Assembly (NCBI RefSeq): GCF_009914755.1
Contig: NC_060927.1
Reading direction: 5' to 3' (one strand)
DNA: 64,000 nt
Origin: the human T2T-CHM13v2.0 reference genome, Homo sapiens
In this document: one piece after another, positions 44,131 to 60,070 of the stretch
Layout of the letters: each line of letters opens with the position of its first letter
Numbering within the stretch: position 1 is the first letter of the stretch
The notes under the pieces: generated by a model
What the model saw: only the letters and a program-made list of their open reading frames with translations
Databases searched by the model: none
What the model was told of the DNA's origin: nothing
Program-made: the position numbers and the translations under genes

Positions 44131-45099
44131 CCAGGGAATTGCAAGCAGCTAGCAGTCATAGGGAAAGGAATGTGTGTGCATGTTTGTGTGTCTATGTGTG
44201 TGTTCTGCTTTGGTTAACAAAATCTTCATTAGAATTGATACTGAGATTGACTGAAGTTTGCCTTTACCAAAAGGTCATTGTCTCTAAAAGCTTGAAAGTA
44301 TTTCGTACGTTTCCCCTACTTGTTTAGATGGGGGTTAATTTGTAGTTAAAAATTGCAAAGGGATATAATTTTTGTGAAAATTCCTCCCAAATGTTAGATA
44401 TGGAGTTAAAATAAATGATTGATTTTCTTAGCACCAATACTGTTTCTATGATTTTAATAGAAGAAAAATATCTCATTTCATAAAGCTATGTTTCCAATGA
44501 CTGAAGTTTTGGGGAAATTTTTTGGTGGTTGTAAAAAATCTTCTTTTAACCTTTGGATATGCTTGGAAAAAATTAATTTAGGAAAAGATTAATGAAATGG
44601 CTACCAAGGTTGCATATAGGCTGAAGGTGACAATGACAAAATAATGTCTTTTTCAAGCAATATAAAATGTGTATAGGAAAGCAATAAGGCAGGGTAAAAT
44701 GAATTAAAATGTGCTATACCCCCATTTAAAAATGTTCAGAAAATAACAGCAGGAGAATTTAAGCCTTTTCATGGAATCTAACAGAAAGTGTCCAGAGTCC
44801 AGAGATGATGGAAGACAAGTCAGAGGAAAAGCTATGTGAGTCTGAAAAGGAAAACTTTCCAAATTCTTCTGAAAAGAAAGTTAAATGACAATTAAGAAAA
44901 AGGCAAAATTTTTTCATTTAAAACTTTGAGACAAATGTAGAGATAGCATAAAAAACTATTAGGAGATGCCCTTCAGCACAGTCTTAATAAGCCAAATGAC
45001 TTGGTCGAATACATTGTGTTTTATTAGAGTTCTGGTTGTTTTTTATAAAACTATCCAGGCAATACTTTTGTATATAAAAATATTGCCTTAAAAGAAAGT

Positions 45100-45445
45100 T
45101 ATGAGTTAAGGAGGCAGCACAGCATAAGAATCGAATTTGAACAGACCTGGCTTTGAAACCTGTTTTCACCAGGTCCTATTTGTTTGGCTTTGACAAGTGT
45201 CTTAATCTTCCTAAGCTTTTGTTCTCTACTTTCAAAATAAATTTTAAAACATCAACTTTCAGTGTTGTTGTGAGTATAAAAGCAGATAATACCGGTGAGC
45301 TTATAAAAAAGGTGAGCTTATAAAAAAGCAGGTAAGTCACTATACCTCTTGGTAAAATCCAGCAGACTATATGTAAAGCACTTATCACAGTGCCTAGCAC
45401 ATAACAAGTGGTTAATAAATGCTAACTGCTATTACTATTTTTACT
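45100..45445 (+). mobile_element. MIR with an ~80-bp internal insert
   Basis: cagacctggctttgaa...; atgtaaagcactt..cacagtgcctagcacata..taataaatg. Confidence 0.7.
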
Positions 45446-45498
45446 TGTGTTAATATAATTATTACTCAAACTCCCAAAAAATATAGTACTTGTAATCT

Positions 45499-46032
45499 GT
45501 AGTGGACATCTTTTATCTGTGGTCACCCAGTATCATCTGAACTTCCACTACAAACTGTGATAGTTCCCACATTGCAAACCCTGCCTTCTTTATTTTGGTG
45601 TCCAAAACATTACATTTCCCAAGACTCCTTGCAGTTATGGTACAGATGTGTGGCCAACCCATGTGAAATCAAGGAACTCATGTGAGACCAAGATTCAGAA
45701 GTGAGCTGTGAGAGGGAACAAGCTAATGGCAAGACATACATTTTGATGGTACAAAACATTTTGAAATCAGCAGAAAGATCCAAGTATTCTGCCATTGACA
45801 GTAACAGTAGGATACTTTCCAGTTCATGGAAAACACATCGTGTTTCTAGGTAGGACAGAGGTAGCAATCCCCTGTCTCAGTGGTGTTGTTCTGGAAGCGG
45901 TTCCTGGAAGCTCACCTAATAATTTTAGAGAGCTGGAGAAATAGACTACTGGCTACTGGATAACTCTTAACATTTTTGGTTACACTCATTAGAATGGATT
46001 CTGTTCTCTGGAACTAAGAATCCTGACCAATA
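45499..46032 (+). mobile_element. ERVL-class LTR (LTR33-like)
   Basis: tgtagtgga start, acatttccca..ctccttgcag motif, ttctgtt..aactaagaatcctgaccaata end. Confidence 0.55.
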
Positions 46033-46198
46033 GGAGTACCAACTTGGAAGTAAGCTCACAAAAGATTCCATCTTGTAAAAGATTCCATCTTGTTTGGCAT
46101 CTATGAGTAGCAGTAAGGAAGGTTCAGTAGGTGACTATTTGCTATTCTAGGAAAGAATACATCTTCAGGGAATATAAAGAATCCAGATTCACAGGTAT

Positions 46199-46575
46199 TG
46201 CTATGGTTTGGCTGTGTCCCCACCTAACATCTCATCTTGAATTGTAATCCCCACAGTCCCCATGTGTAAAGGGCGGGAACAGGTGGAGGTAATTGGATCG
46301 TGGGAGTGGTTTACCCCATGCTGTTCTCAGATGGTGAGTGAGTCTCACCAAATCTGATGATTTTATAAGTGCCTGGCATTTCCCCTGTCCTGCATTCACT
46401 CTGACCTGTCGCCCTGTGAAGAAGGTGCCTGCTTCTCCTTTGCCTTTCACCATGATTGTAAGTTTCCTGAGGCCTTCCCAGCAATGCAGAACTGTGAGTC
46501 AATTAAACCTAATTCTTTTATAAATTACCCCATCTTAGGTATTTCTTCATAGCAGTGTGAGAACAGACTAATACA
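46199..46575 (+). mobile_element. THE1D-like solo LTR
   Basis: tgctatggtttggctgtgtcccc...agactaataca; ctggcatttcccctg motif. Confidence 0.88.
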
Positions 46576-48107
46576 CATATGATACAAAAGAAACGCTTTG
46601 GTGTTACAGTGCATGGAAATATATGAATAAAGACAAAGGACAAAATGCCAGTCACTTGGAAGATCTCCTACTCCAGCCTCTGCTTTAACACTTGAGTCTT
46701 ACAACCAGTGTTTTGAGGAAATACCGAAAATGCCCTTTTACAAATTTTATTTGAGACACTGGGGACAAGAATCAGCACAGGTTTAAGGTCTGCATGACAG
46801 AGTTCAGCACTACTGGAAAATGAGGTAGTCTCTCTCACTTGGAGATTTCTCTGAAAAATGAAACAGCTAGAGCAGATTTAAGGGCAAGTCAGATAGGTTC
46901 CTCCTGGACCAGTAAAGGAAGATAAGAGGATATGGCATTGACAGTTGAGCACCATCAGAAGATGGCGCTGTCAAGTTTCAACTGTAGCTTTACCCCACTT
47001 TTGAGTGGCTTGCAGGCATCTGAGTGCTTACTAAAAATTATGTTTCCCAGGAAACCCAAACATGATTGAAAAATCGATGCCTCATTGTAACCAACAGAAT
47101 TAGTCATAAGCACATATGTTTGGGAAACAGTTCTGAGTGTGGGACAAGGAAACAACATGTGGAGGTGCTTAAATCTTGTTAGAATACCGTTTTCCTCCAT
47201 TACTGTGGCTCAGTTTCATGCTTTGATTGGTAGGTTATGAGGGAACATAGGTTGTATTGTGTGCGTTTGTTTTAATGAAGCTCTTTTGAGAGAAAGATCA
47301 TATGACTCTCAGAAACAGCAGGTCATAAATATATTCAAGGGCATGGTTTGGTAGAGGATATTGTCTCTTTCTCCTGTCACTCTGGGTTCTAGGCTGGGAG
47401 GTTCAGAGGTTTCATGTGGAACCGAATCAATAGATCATATAGTCTGCTGGATTTTACCATGAGGTATAGTGACTTAACTACTTTTTATAAGCTCGTCTTT
47501 ATCCATCCCAGTGGAAGCCTTCAGCTGGGCCCATTTGCCTATAGATGACAACACGGAAGACTGTTATGGGACAGAGTTTAAACCAACTCACTGCTGAAGT
47601 ACTTGCCCTGACCACACGATCCATCTTTGGCTTAGTCTCTAATCCCTTTTCTATTCAATACTGGCCATGGTAGCTGTATTAATTTTCAACCCATGTAGCA
47701 TGAATGATAGAGACTTATCTGTGAAAGAATAGATTAGCAACACAAAGCATTAAGGATATGGCAGTATTTGAAACTGCATGGTCTTCTGCATAGTCTGCCA
47801 AGTACAAGCTTCATCCAGAAGAACTTAAAATTCTGGTGCAGCCATCTACTCTGGACTAAAAACTACTTTTTTGGCATTTTGGCAATGACCTTAGTAGAAA
47901 TCTAGCGGTCTTCACACCCATTGGTATAAACATAGACTGTTATATATCATTTCTTTTAAGAAATACATCAGTGAACTGTAATAGTTTGAACTAGAACCTT
48001 CCAATATCCACAGAACATTAATTCTATATATATTATTCTCAGAAAGGGCTCTATATTCAACTAACCCCCAACATGAGATGCTGAAGTCTGAAGGGACTGA
48101 CCCTCTG

Positions 48108-48199
48108 CTAAAAAAGAAGACATAACCTCATGTGGCCTGATGAGAAGTCATCTTATACTTCAGTAATCAGGCCACATGAGATTATGTCTTCTTTTTTAG
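48108..48199. repeat. 34-bp inverted repeat (33/34 identical) with a 24-nt spacer
   Basis: 48108-48141 versus the reverse complement of 48166-48199. Confidence 0.92.
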
Positions 48200-49616
48200 A
48201 CATAAGGCCTAGATGGTAATATAAGAAAACATTATACTGGGGCAGCAGGCAGAAAAGGGGCATTAAGCTTCTTGTGGAAACATAAAATTCTAAAAACTAC
48301 AGCACACTATACTGACCCCTGCAGAGAAACTTTTGAATTTTGGCTGTAACATACCACTGGGATGCTGAATGTATTTCTACTAGCTAAGAGAAAAAAGAAC
48401 AGAAAGCCAATAAAAAACGTATTGCCTATCATCTGTGCATTCTGGATAGATAATTCTCCATAACTTTGATGGCATACTTATGGATGCTTAAACAGATGGT
48501 GACATGAGTCAATTTCCTTTAGACTCATCAAAAGTAAAGGAATATAATCATTGCTTATTTATTAGGACAATTCTAGTTGTTATAATGCAAAAAGCGTGAT
48601 AAATAAAACACAACAATTGTTAATGTTTTGCTTAAAGTAAGTTCCAAAATGGGAAAGATTGTGAGAGGGAAAAGCCTCTGTCTGGTTTCTGAGATATGGC
48701 CTGTAACCCTAGTAAGAATATTCAATTCCCAGCCCCTGTAGCCGTCTCATCATACTGACTTTGTCCTGCAAAGGGGTTGCATCCTTAGAAAATTCCTATC
48801 AGGGCATGAAGTGGAAAGTCCCACCATTGTGCTATTTTTATTTTCAGTAGGGCCACAATATTCTGACATATTATAATGTATCTTCCTGGTAATCCAGAAA
48901 AGCACTCAATCTCAAAAGGGAACAAAAGTCACCCTGGACCAGAGATGATAATCACAATATTTAAAAATTGGCCCAACATGAGCTCTGAGCACAATTCAGA
49001 TGTCACACAATTAAAAATGAGGCTAATCACAATCCTGCACCCATTTATATAAACTGACAGTAACCCTGCTCTCTTTTCACACTGGGGGATGATGAAGAAA
49101 GCCTCCAGGTACCTGGGAGCTCAGATTACAGAAGTGTGTCTGGAATCTGAGGATAGGTTTCTGATGTAAGGTAGAAAACCAGTCATATCAACCAGTCTCA
49201 ACTGTATTCATTGTTCAGTTCCTTTAAGCCAAAAGCCTCTACCCGCCCCTAGTTCCTGAGGGAAATTTGAATAGGAACATGGCTGAATCTGGGAGCTTCC
49301 TGTTCAGGGAATATGTATCTGTTCCTGCAAGAACCTCTGCAGAGTTCAGAATTTTGGTAGGGAAGGAATGAGAGCTTATTCTATGTAGCAGAAGTTCATA
49401 AATACTGTTGGGGTCAGAATTGATGTACCTCGCACCTGGCATCAAGGAAAATAGACTCCTACACAGGCCCACCTTGTTTAGCAGATGGAAATCAGGACCA
49501 CGGAGAGCCATGCCCAAGAAAATAATATAATTGTTTCAGTAAAAATTTTCTGTTCCTTTCCTATTCCCCATCTTATCTCTATCTTCTCTGAGATAAGAAA
49601 GAGTGGTGAGAGAGTG

Positions 49617-50128
49617 TGTCAGGAGTCATGCTTCAAGCCCAAGTTGTGCTGTCCTGGAGTAAACAAGATCAGCGCTCCCCCTGTATCTCCTAGGATCTCT
49701 ATTATATCATTTTCATGCACGCTCACCCCCAGCTTTGGGATGCTTTCAACAGGAAGGGCCTTTGGAGGAGGAAGACTGCCCTCAGATCACTAGAGCCACT
49801 TTGCCTCCAGACACAGAGAGTTGGAAGTGCTTGGGATTTTATGTTTACATGGATCAGCCATTAGTCAATGACTAACATGTATGAGTGCCCAGCTCCCTTG
49901 CCTTGGTTTTTGACAACTCCGAGGTGTATCCTATACCCAGCATTCCACCAAAGGATCTAGGTGAAGCTAACCTCCATGGAATTTTGCCTGAGACCTCACT
50001 CTTCTTTAGCTTCTTCCTCTGTCCCAGGCCCCCATCCTTTTCTAGGTTATCTTGAACACTTCTGTAATGAATCAATTGCACACAAACGTCATCCCAGGAT
50101 CTGTTTCTAGGGAACCTAACCTAACATG
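49617..50128 (+). mobile_element. ERVL-class LTR (MER54/MER74-group-like)
   Basis: 3' end aatcaattgcacaca...tctgtttctagggaacctaacctaaca is typical of this group. Confidence 0.5.
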
Positions 50129-51894
50129 CTGGGATGCAAAAGGCAACTTTGGCCATAAGGGACGTATCTAATACTCATAAATTCAACAAAAGGTATCTAA
50201 TACTCGTAGGTTCAAGACTGAGAAATTCATGGCATTTTTGAGAAGTCACTAGTTAGGTCTTCTTTGTTCCTTGGAAACAATGAAAACTAATTAGAATTTT
50301 TTATAAGAAGAAAAATGATACATATATTTTAAAGTCACAAGAATCATACTCTTTTGGCCTGGATTCTTGTATTCTTTCACTTCCCCTAAATTATCCAGCA
50401 AATAAGAAACCTTCCACTTGAAGATAAAACCAAGATAAATGTGTCTCCTTCAGTTTCTAATGAATAGAACTGAGAAACTGCACAAGATAAATATAAGCTC
50501 CAATGAGGCCTTTAAGCAAGGGCACTTAATTAGCTGGGTTAATAGAGGGAAGAAAGGCCATAGATAATCCAAATCAATATGTTATTCAAAAATAATTTAT
50601 AATTGCTTTATTTAAACAGGTTTATTTTTCTATTTGTCTTGCTTTATGCAAATATCCAGGTAAACTTTCCTTCCCTAAGCACGTATTAGCTAGGGCCAAG
50701 AAAATGGCCAGAAACCACAATAAATAGTGAAGGTCTCAGGATATACTTTGCCATTGTGAGTGCATGAAGCAGATTTGCCTCATGTAGATTATCGAGAATT
50801 GAATGTAAGTAAACACCATAAATGACAACATTTCTCATTAGATTCAACGTTGGTTAGAATTATTTCACTCAAAACTCCAGGAACAGAGAAATGACTTAAT
50901 GACGGAATACCTAATAATTTTCTTTCCTATAAGGAACTGCTAAGAACAGAAGCAGTAATTTCCAGAGAGGAGCTTTATTTTTACTCTTTAAAAAATGTTT
51001 TAATAGATAGTACTAAGTTACAAATAAAAAGTCTGAGTTATATATTGCATGGGTGTTAAAATTGTTAGCAATTTTTAAAATGTTAATGTGTGGACTAGTT
51101 ACTTTATTTATTTAGATGGCATTTTCCTACGATAGAGTACTGAAATTGAAAGCAGATTCTCAATAGTGGACATTGTTAAAGACTGTCATTTTTAAACTCA
51201 ATTATGAGAAAAGAAAACTGTTTCAGAAACTAATTGATTTGGGATATTTAATTACTAATAAAAGAACCTTTGGATGAATGTAGGCTACCAAAAGGACAGA
51301 GTTGACTGAGTCATATTAATTTTGACAAATTTATACAATCAACATCTTGCAGTGTTCCACAGTTAGAAAACAAACTTGAGACAAACTTGAAAAGCTGAAA
51401 AATAAACTTCAGAAAAAAAGATGCAATGAGAGATTTTGAGTGAGAATTATTAATAAATCACTATTACAAAAATAAAAAGCATCTGTGTTTTTAGCTTATA
51501 AACTTTAACTGGTTAGGGCATGCCAGTGAATATTAAAGAAGAGAATGCACTTGTATTTATTAAGTGGGGTATCATTTCACAATGCTCACCTCTTTGGGGA
51601 AAGTCTAATACCATTGACCATGGCACAAAGAAAACATCCTTGAGGAAGGTGGGATCATATAAAAGGATACATAGAATCACCTGTAGAGATTTTTAATTTA
51701 TCTTCCCCTACTCCAGGATTCCAGGATTCTGAATCAGCCCGTCATCTCAGAGTGAGAATCATGTTCTAGAGGCCCCAGTATTACTGAGAGGGGGGTGCTA
51801 TATTTGACATATTCGATGGGCAAAAGATTGAGAAACAAAGAAAGAAGCACACAGGTTAAAATTGCTAGCCCTTGAGATTGGGATTATACAGGAA

Positions 51895-52204
51895 GGTATT
51901 CAATGTGAGTCAAGCCTTGAGCACCTACAATGTTCTAGGCATTCTTCAAGGTGCTGGGATCCAAGTGCTGAACAAGAGGGAAAAGATCCCTGCTCTCCTG
52001 AAAGTTGTACAGTACTTTGTTAAAATTAAATTTTTATCAAATTCACATACTACTTATATATGCCAGGTACTGATCTATAAAAGTAATACTTTAATCCTTA
52101 TAACAACTTTATTAGGTAGATATTCTAAATGTTCCCATTCTACAGATGAGGGACCTGAATCAAAGCTAGTAAGTGTCAGAGGCAGGATCAAAACAGAAGC
52201 CACA
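51895..52204 (-). mobile_element. L2 3' fragment plus MIR; the MIR is the target of the full-length L1 and resumes at ~58257
   Basis: ttgagcaccta...tccctgctctc (L2); cccattctacagatgaggga (MIR). Confidence 0.6.
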
Positions 52205-52214
52205 AATTGGGATA

Positions 52215-53118
52215 GGGAGGAGCCAAGATGGCCGAATAGGAACAGCTCCAGTCTACAGCTCCCAGCGTGAGCGACACAGAAGATGGGTGATTTCCGCATT
52301 TCCATCTGAGGTACCAGGTTCATCTCACTAGGGAGTGCCAGACAGTGGGCGCAGGCCAGTGGGTGCACGCACCGTGCATGAGCCGAAGCAGGGCGAGGCA
52401 TTGCCTCACCTGGGAAGCGCAAGGGGTCAGGGAGTTCCCTTTCCGAGTCAAAGAAAGGGGTGACGGACGCACCTGGAAAATCGGATCACTCCCACCCGAA
52501 TATTGAGCTTTTCAGACCGGCTTAAAAAACGGCGCACCACGAGACTATATCCCACACCTGGCTCGGAGGGTCCTACGCCCACGGAATCTCGCTGATTGCT
52601 AGCACAGCAGTCTGAGATCAAACTGCAAGGCGGCAGCGGGGCTGGGGGAGGGGCACCCGCCATTGCCCAGGCTTGCTTAGGTAAACAAAGCAGCCGGGAA
52701 GCTCCAACTGGGTGGAGCCCACCACAGCTCAAGGAGGCCTGCCTGCCTCTGTAGGCTCCACCTCTGGGGGCAGGGCACAGACAAACAAAAAGACAGCAGT
52801 AACCTCTGCAGACTTAAATGTCCCTGTCTGACAGCTTTGAAGAGAGCAGTGGTTCTCCCAGCACGCAGCTGGAGATCTGAGAACGGGCAGACTGCCTCCT
52901 CAAGTGGGTCCCCGACCCCTGACCCCCGAGCAGCCTAACTGGGAGGCACCCCCCAGCAGGGGCACACTGACACCTCACACGGCAGGGTATTCCAACAGAC
53001 CTGCAGCTGAGGCTCCTGTCTGTTAGAAGGAAAACTAACAAACAGAAAGGACATCCACACTGAAAACCCATCTGTACATCACCATCATCAAAGACCAAAA
53101 GTAGATAAAACCACAAAG
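52215..53118 (+). promoter_or_regulatory. L1 5' UTR: CpG-rich internal sense promoter (YY1 site AAGATGGCC 52225-52233) and antisense promoter
   Basis: Canonical gggaggagccaagatggccg start and retained CpGs. Function is from established L1 biology, not shown here. Confidence 0.85.
52448..52663 (-). CDS. ORF0: L1 ORF0, intact 71 aa (MAGAPPPAPLPPCSLISDCC...RCVRHPFL)
   Basis: ATG at 52663 in GCAATGG context, open to the stop at 52448. Matches the primate L1 ORF0 peptide as recalled. Confidence 0.85.
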   Translation of the reverse strand: MAGAPPPAPLPPCSLISDCCASNQRDSVGVGPSEPGVGYSLVVRRFLSRSEKLNIRVGVIRFSRCVRHPFL

Positions 53119-54135
53119 ATGGGGAAAAAACAGAACAGAAAAACTGGAAACTCTAAAACGCAGAGCGTCCCTCCTCCTCCAAAGGAACGCAGTTCCTCAC
53201 CAGCAACGGAACAAAGCTGGATGGAGAATGACTTTGACGAGCTGAGAGAAGAAGGCTTCAGACGATCAAATTACTCTGAGCTACGGGAGGACATTCAAAC
53301 CAAAGGCAAAGAAGTTGAAAACTTTGAAAAAAATTTAGAAAAATGTATAACTAGAATAACCAATACAGAGAAGTGCTTAAAGGAGCTGATGGAGCTGAAA
53401 ACCAAGGCTCGAGAACTACGTGAAGAATGCAGAAGTCTCAGGGGCTGATGCGATCAACTGGAAGAAAGGGTATGAGCAATGAAAGATGAAATGAATGAAA
53501 TGAAGCGAGAAGGGAAGTTTAGAGAAAAAAGAATAAAAAGAAATGAGCAAAGCCTCCAAGAAATATGGGACTATGTGAAAAGACCAAATCTACGTCTGAT
53601 TGGTGTACCTGAAAGTGATGGGGAGAATGGAACCAAGTTGGAAAACACTCTGCAGGATATTATCCAGGAGAACTTCCCCAATCTAGCAAGGCAGGCCAAC
53701 ATTCAGATTCAGGAAATACAAAGAACGCCACAAAGATACTCCTCGAGAAGAGCAACTCCAAGACACATAATTGTCATATTCACCAAAGTTGAAATGAAGG
53801 AAAAAATGTTAAGGGCAGCCAGAGAGAAAGGTCGGGTTACCCTCAAAGGGAAGCCCATCAGACTAACAGCGGATCTCTCAGCAGAAACCCTACAAGCCAG
53901 AAGAGAGTGGGGGCCAATATTCAACATTCTTAAAGAAAAGAATTTTCAACCCAGAATTTCATATCCAGCCAAACTAAGCTTCATAAGTGAAGGAGAAATA
54001 AAATACTTTACAGACAAGCAAATGCTGAGAGATTTTGTCACCACCAGGCCTGCCCTAAAAGAGCTCCTGAAGGAAGCACTAAACATGGAAAGGAACAACC
54101 GGTACCAGCCGCTGCAAAATCATGCCAAAATGTAA
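53119..54135 (+). pseudogene. ORF1: L1 ORF1p, disrupted by TGA at 53446-53448 and 53473-53475
   Basis: MGKKQNRKTGNSK...YQPLQNHAKM in one frame with two in-frame stops. Confidence 0.95.
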
Positions 54136-54171
54136 AGACCATCGAGACTAGGAAGAGACTGCATCAACTAA

Positions 54172-58018
<3,847 letters not shown>

Positions 58019-58378
58019 ACAATGAGATCACATGGACACAGGAAGGGGAATATCACACTCTGGGGACTGTGGTGGGGTGGGGGGAGTGGGGAGGGATAGC
58101 ACTGGGAGATATACCTAATGCTAGATGACGAGTTAGTGGGTGCAGCGCACCAGCATGGCAGATGTATACATATGTAACTAACCTGCACAATGTGCACATG
58201 TACCCTAAAACTTAAAGTATAATAAAAAATTAAAAAAAAAAAAAACAGAAGCCACATTTTTCCTGATTTTTGCTTTTAACTGCTATGTTATGCTTCTACT
58301 GGAAGAAGCAGCTGACACATAAGTTAACAAGAAAATGTCCTATTTATATTAGCCACAAAGGAAAAGAACAATCTGCTC

Positions 58379-58702
58379 TGTCTCAGCAAGGGTTCAATCA
58401 GAGAAGCAGAATTTTCTGACCTTGGTTACAAGGCCTCTGACCATGGTTACAAGACAATATTGAAAAAGCTAGAACCTTCTTCATAGAGACAAAACACATG
58501 CACTGGCTCAGTTGCTGCTTCACACCAAGGAAGCGAGTCAGTAGATCAGCAGCAACATGTACTTGCTGCAAAATGGCTGCAATCTCCCTTCCACAGTCCA
58601 GCTCTGGAGATAGAATCTCCCTTATAGCTCTCCTTAACCAGAAATATGCTAGAAAGGGAAATCTGGGAAATATAGTTCAACCTAGCCAAGTTAATACATC
58701 AC
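58379..58702 (-). mobile_element. Old LTR fragment (ERVL/MaLR class)
   Basis: agggttcaatcagagaagcagaa and agggaaatctgggaaatatagtt motifs. Confidence 0.4.
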
Positions 58703-58809
58703 AAAGTAATTGCATATGCACTGAAAGGGAATCGTAGTGTAGGCTTTGGCAAAGACCATGGTAAACCAATTCCCTGACCTTAGATAATTTAGAATAAGCT
58801 GAGGGAAAT

Positions 58810-59120
58810 AACCATTAAAGGAGTGATAACAAATATGATGAATGTCAAAAAAGAGGGCCATAAAGTCTGCTACGAAAACTTGCAACTAGGAGAATTAGGA
58901 GGTCAGCAGAGGAGTTGTCACTGAAGAGATGATGTTTCCATTAAAACTTGAGAATTGATTAGTAATTAGCCATTGGGAGTAGAGATTGGAGTGAGAGGTG
59001 TGAGGGCATTTTCCAGGTACAGAAGATGTGAACATTTCAAGGACAAGAAGAGAGTGGCTGGAAGCACAGTCTGAAAGGAAAATCAGACCTGTAAAGTAGG
59101 TGAGTGGCAACATTATATGA
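58810..59120 (-). mobile_element. L2 fragment
   Basis: Purine-rich antisense L2 motifs (cactgaagagatgatg; cattttccagg). Confidence 0.45.
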
Positions 59121-59124
59121 ATAT

Positions 59125-59655
59125 ATGCTGCAATTTCACTTCTGTTGAAAGCAGAGTCTCAAAAAGGTATTTGTATATTATGTTCACAGCAGCCTCATTC
59201 ATAATGGCCAAAAAGTGAAATCAACCCAATTACCCATCAGTGGATGAACGGGTAAGCAAAATGTGGTATATACATACAATGGAATATTAGTCTGCCTTAC
59301 AAAGGAATTCTGAAACATGCTACAACTTGGATGAACCCTGAAGACATGATGCTAAGTGAAATAAGTCAGATACAAAAGGGCAAATATTGTATCATTCCCC
59401 TTATGAAGTACCTAGAGTAGGCAAATTCATAAAGATGGAAGATAGAACAGTGATTACCAAGGCATTAGAGGACAGAGATTGGGAGTTAGTGTTTAATAGG
59501 TACAGAGTTTCAGTTGGGACCAGTGAAAAAGTTCTGGAGATGTATGATGGTGTTAGTTGCACAACAATGTAAATATACTTAATGACAAAAACTGTATACT
59601 TTAAAGTGGCTAAAATGGTACATTTTATTATAAACATATTTTACAATAAAAAACT
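59125..59655 (+). mobile_element. L1MB/L1MA-type 3' end
   Basis: gctaagtgaaataagtcagatacaaaaggg; gggagttagtgtttaataggtacagagtttcag; AATAAA near the end. Confidence 0.8.
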
Positions 59656-59799
59656 TTTAAGATGTGTGTCCTTAAGGACATTTGCTTCTAAAACAAATTA
59701 AAAATCATTAGCATGTGCTAGTTTCTGTATCTTTAATGTACAGAGGGAAAAATAGTTTTCTAAGTTAACCTGTCATTCAGAACAGTTGAAATAAACACA

Positions 59800-60068
59800 T
59801 GGAGATTTGTCATATTACAGCCAGCTAGGAAGAATAAGTTCTAGTGTTCTGTAACATTGTAGGATGACTATAGTTAATAATTTGTTGTATATTTTCAAAT
59901 AGCTAGAAGAGAAGGTTTTGAATGATCAACAAACAAAAAAAAGTTCGAAGTGATAGATATGCTAATTACTCTAATTTGATCATTACGCATTGTATACCTG
60001 ACTGGAAATATCATATTACACCTCATAAATATGCACAATTATGTGTCAAATATAAAATTTATAAAGAA
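59800..60068 (+). mobile_element. L1MA-type 3' UTR fragment
   Basis: aataagttctagtgttctgta...aatagctagaagaga...tttgatcattac. Confidence 0.75.
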
Positions 60069-60070
60069 AT

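Larger units (their letters stand above)
46033..49480 (+). mobile_element. Probable highly degenerate ERVL internal sequence
   Basis: Lies directly after an ERVL-type LTR. Only weak pol/integrase-like nucleotide motifs (e.g. cctatcatc at ~48425); no ORF. Confidence 0.35.

Noticed and set aside
58062-58094. G-quadruplex-like G-rich tract
   Set aside because: Standard feature of the L1PA 3' UTR, not specific to this locus.
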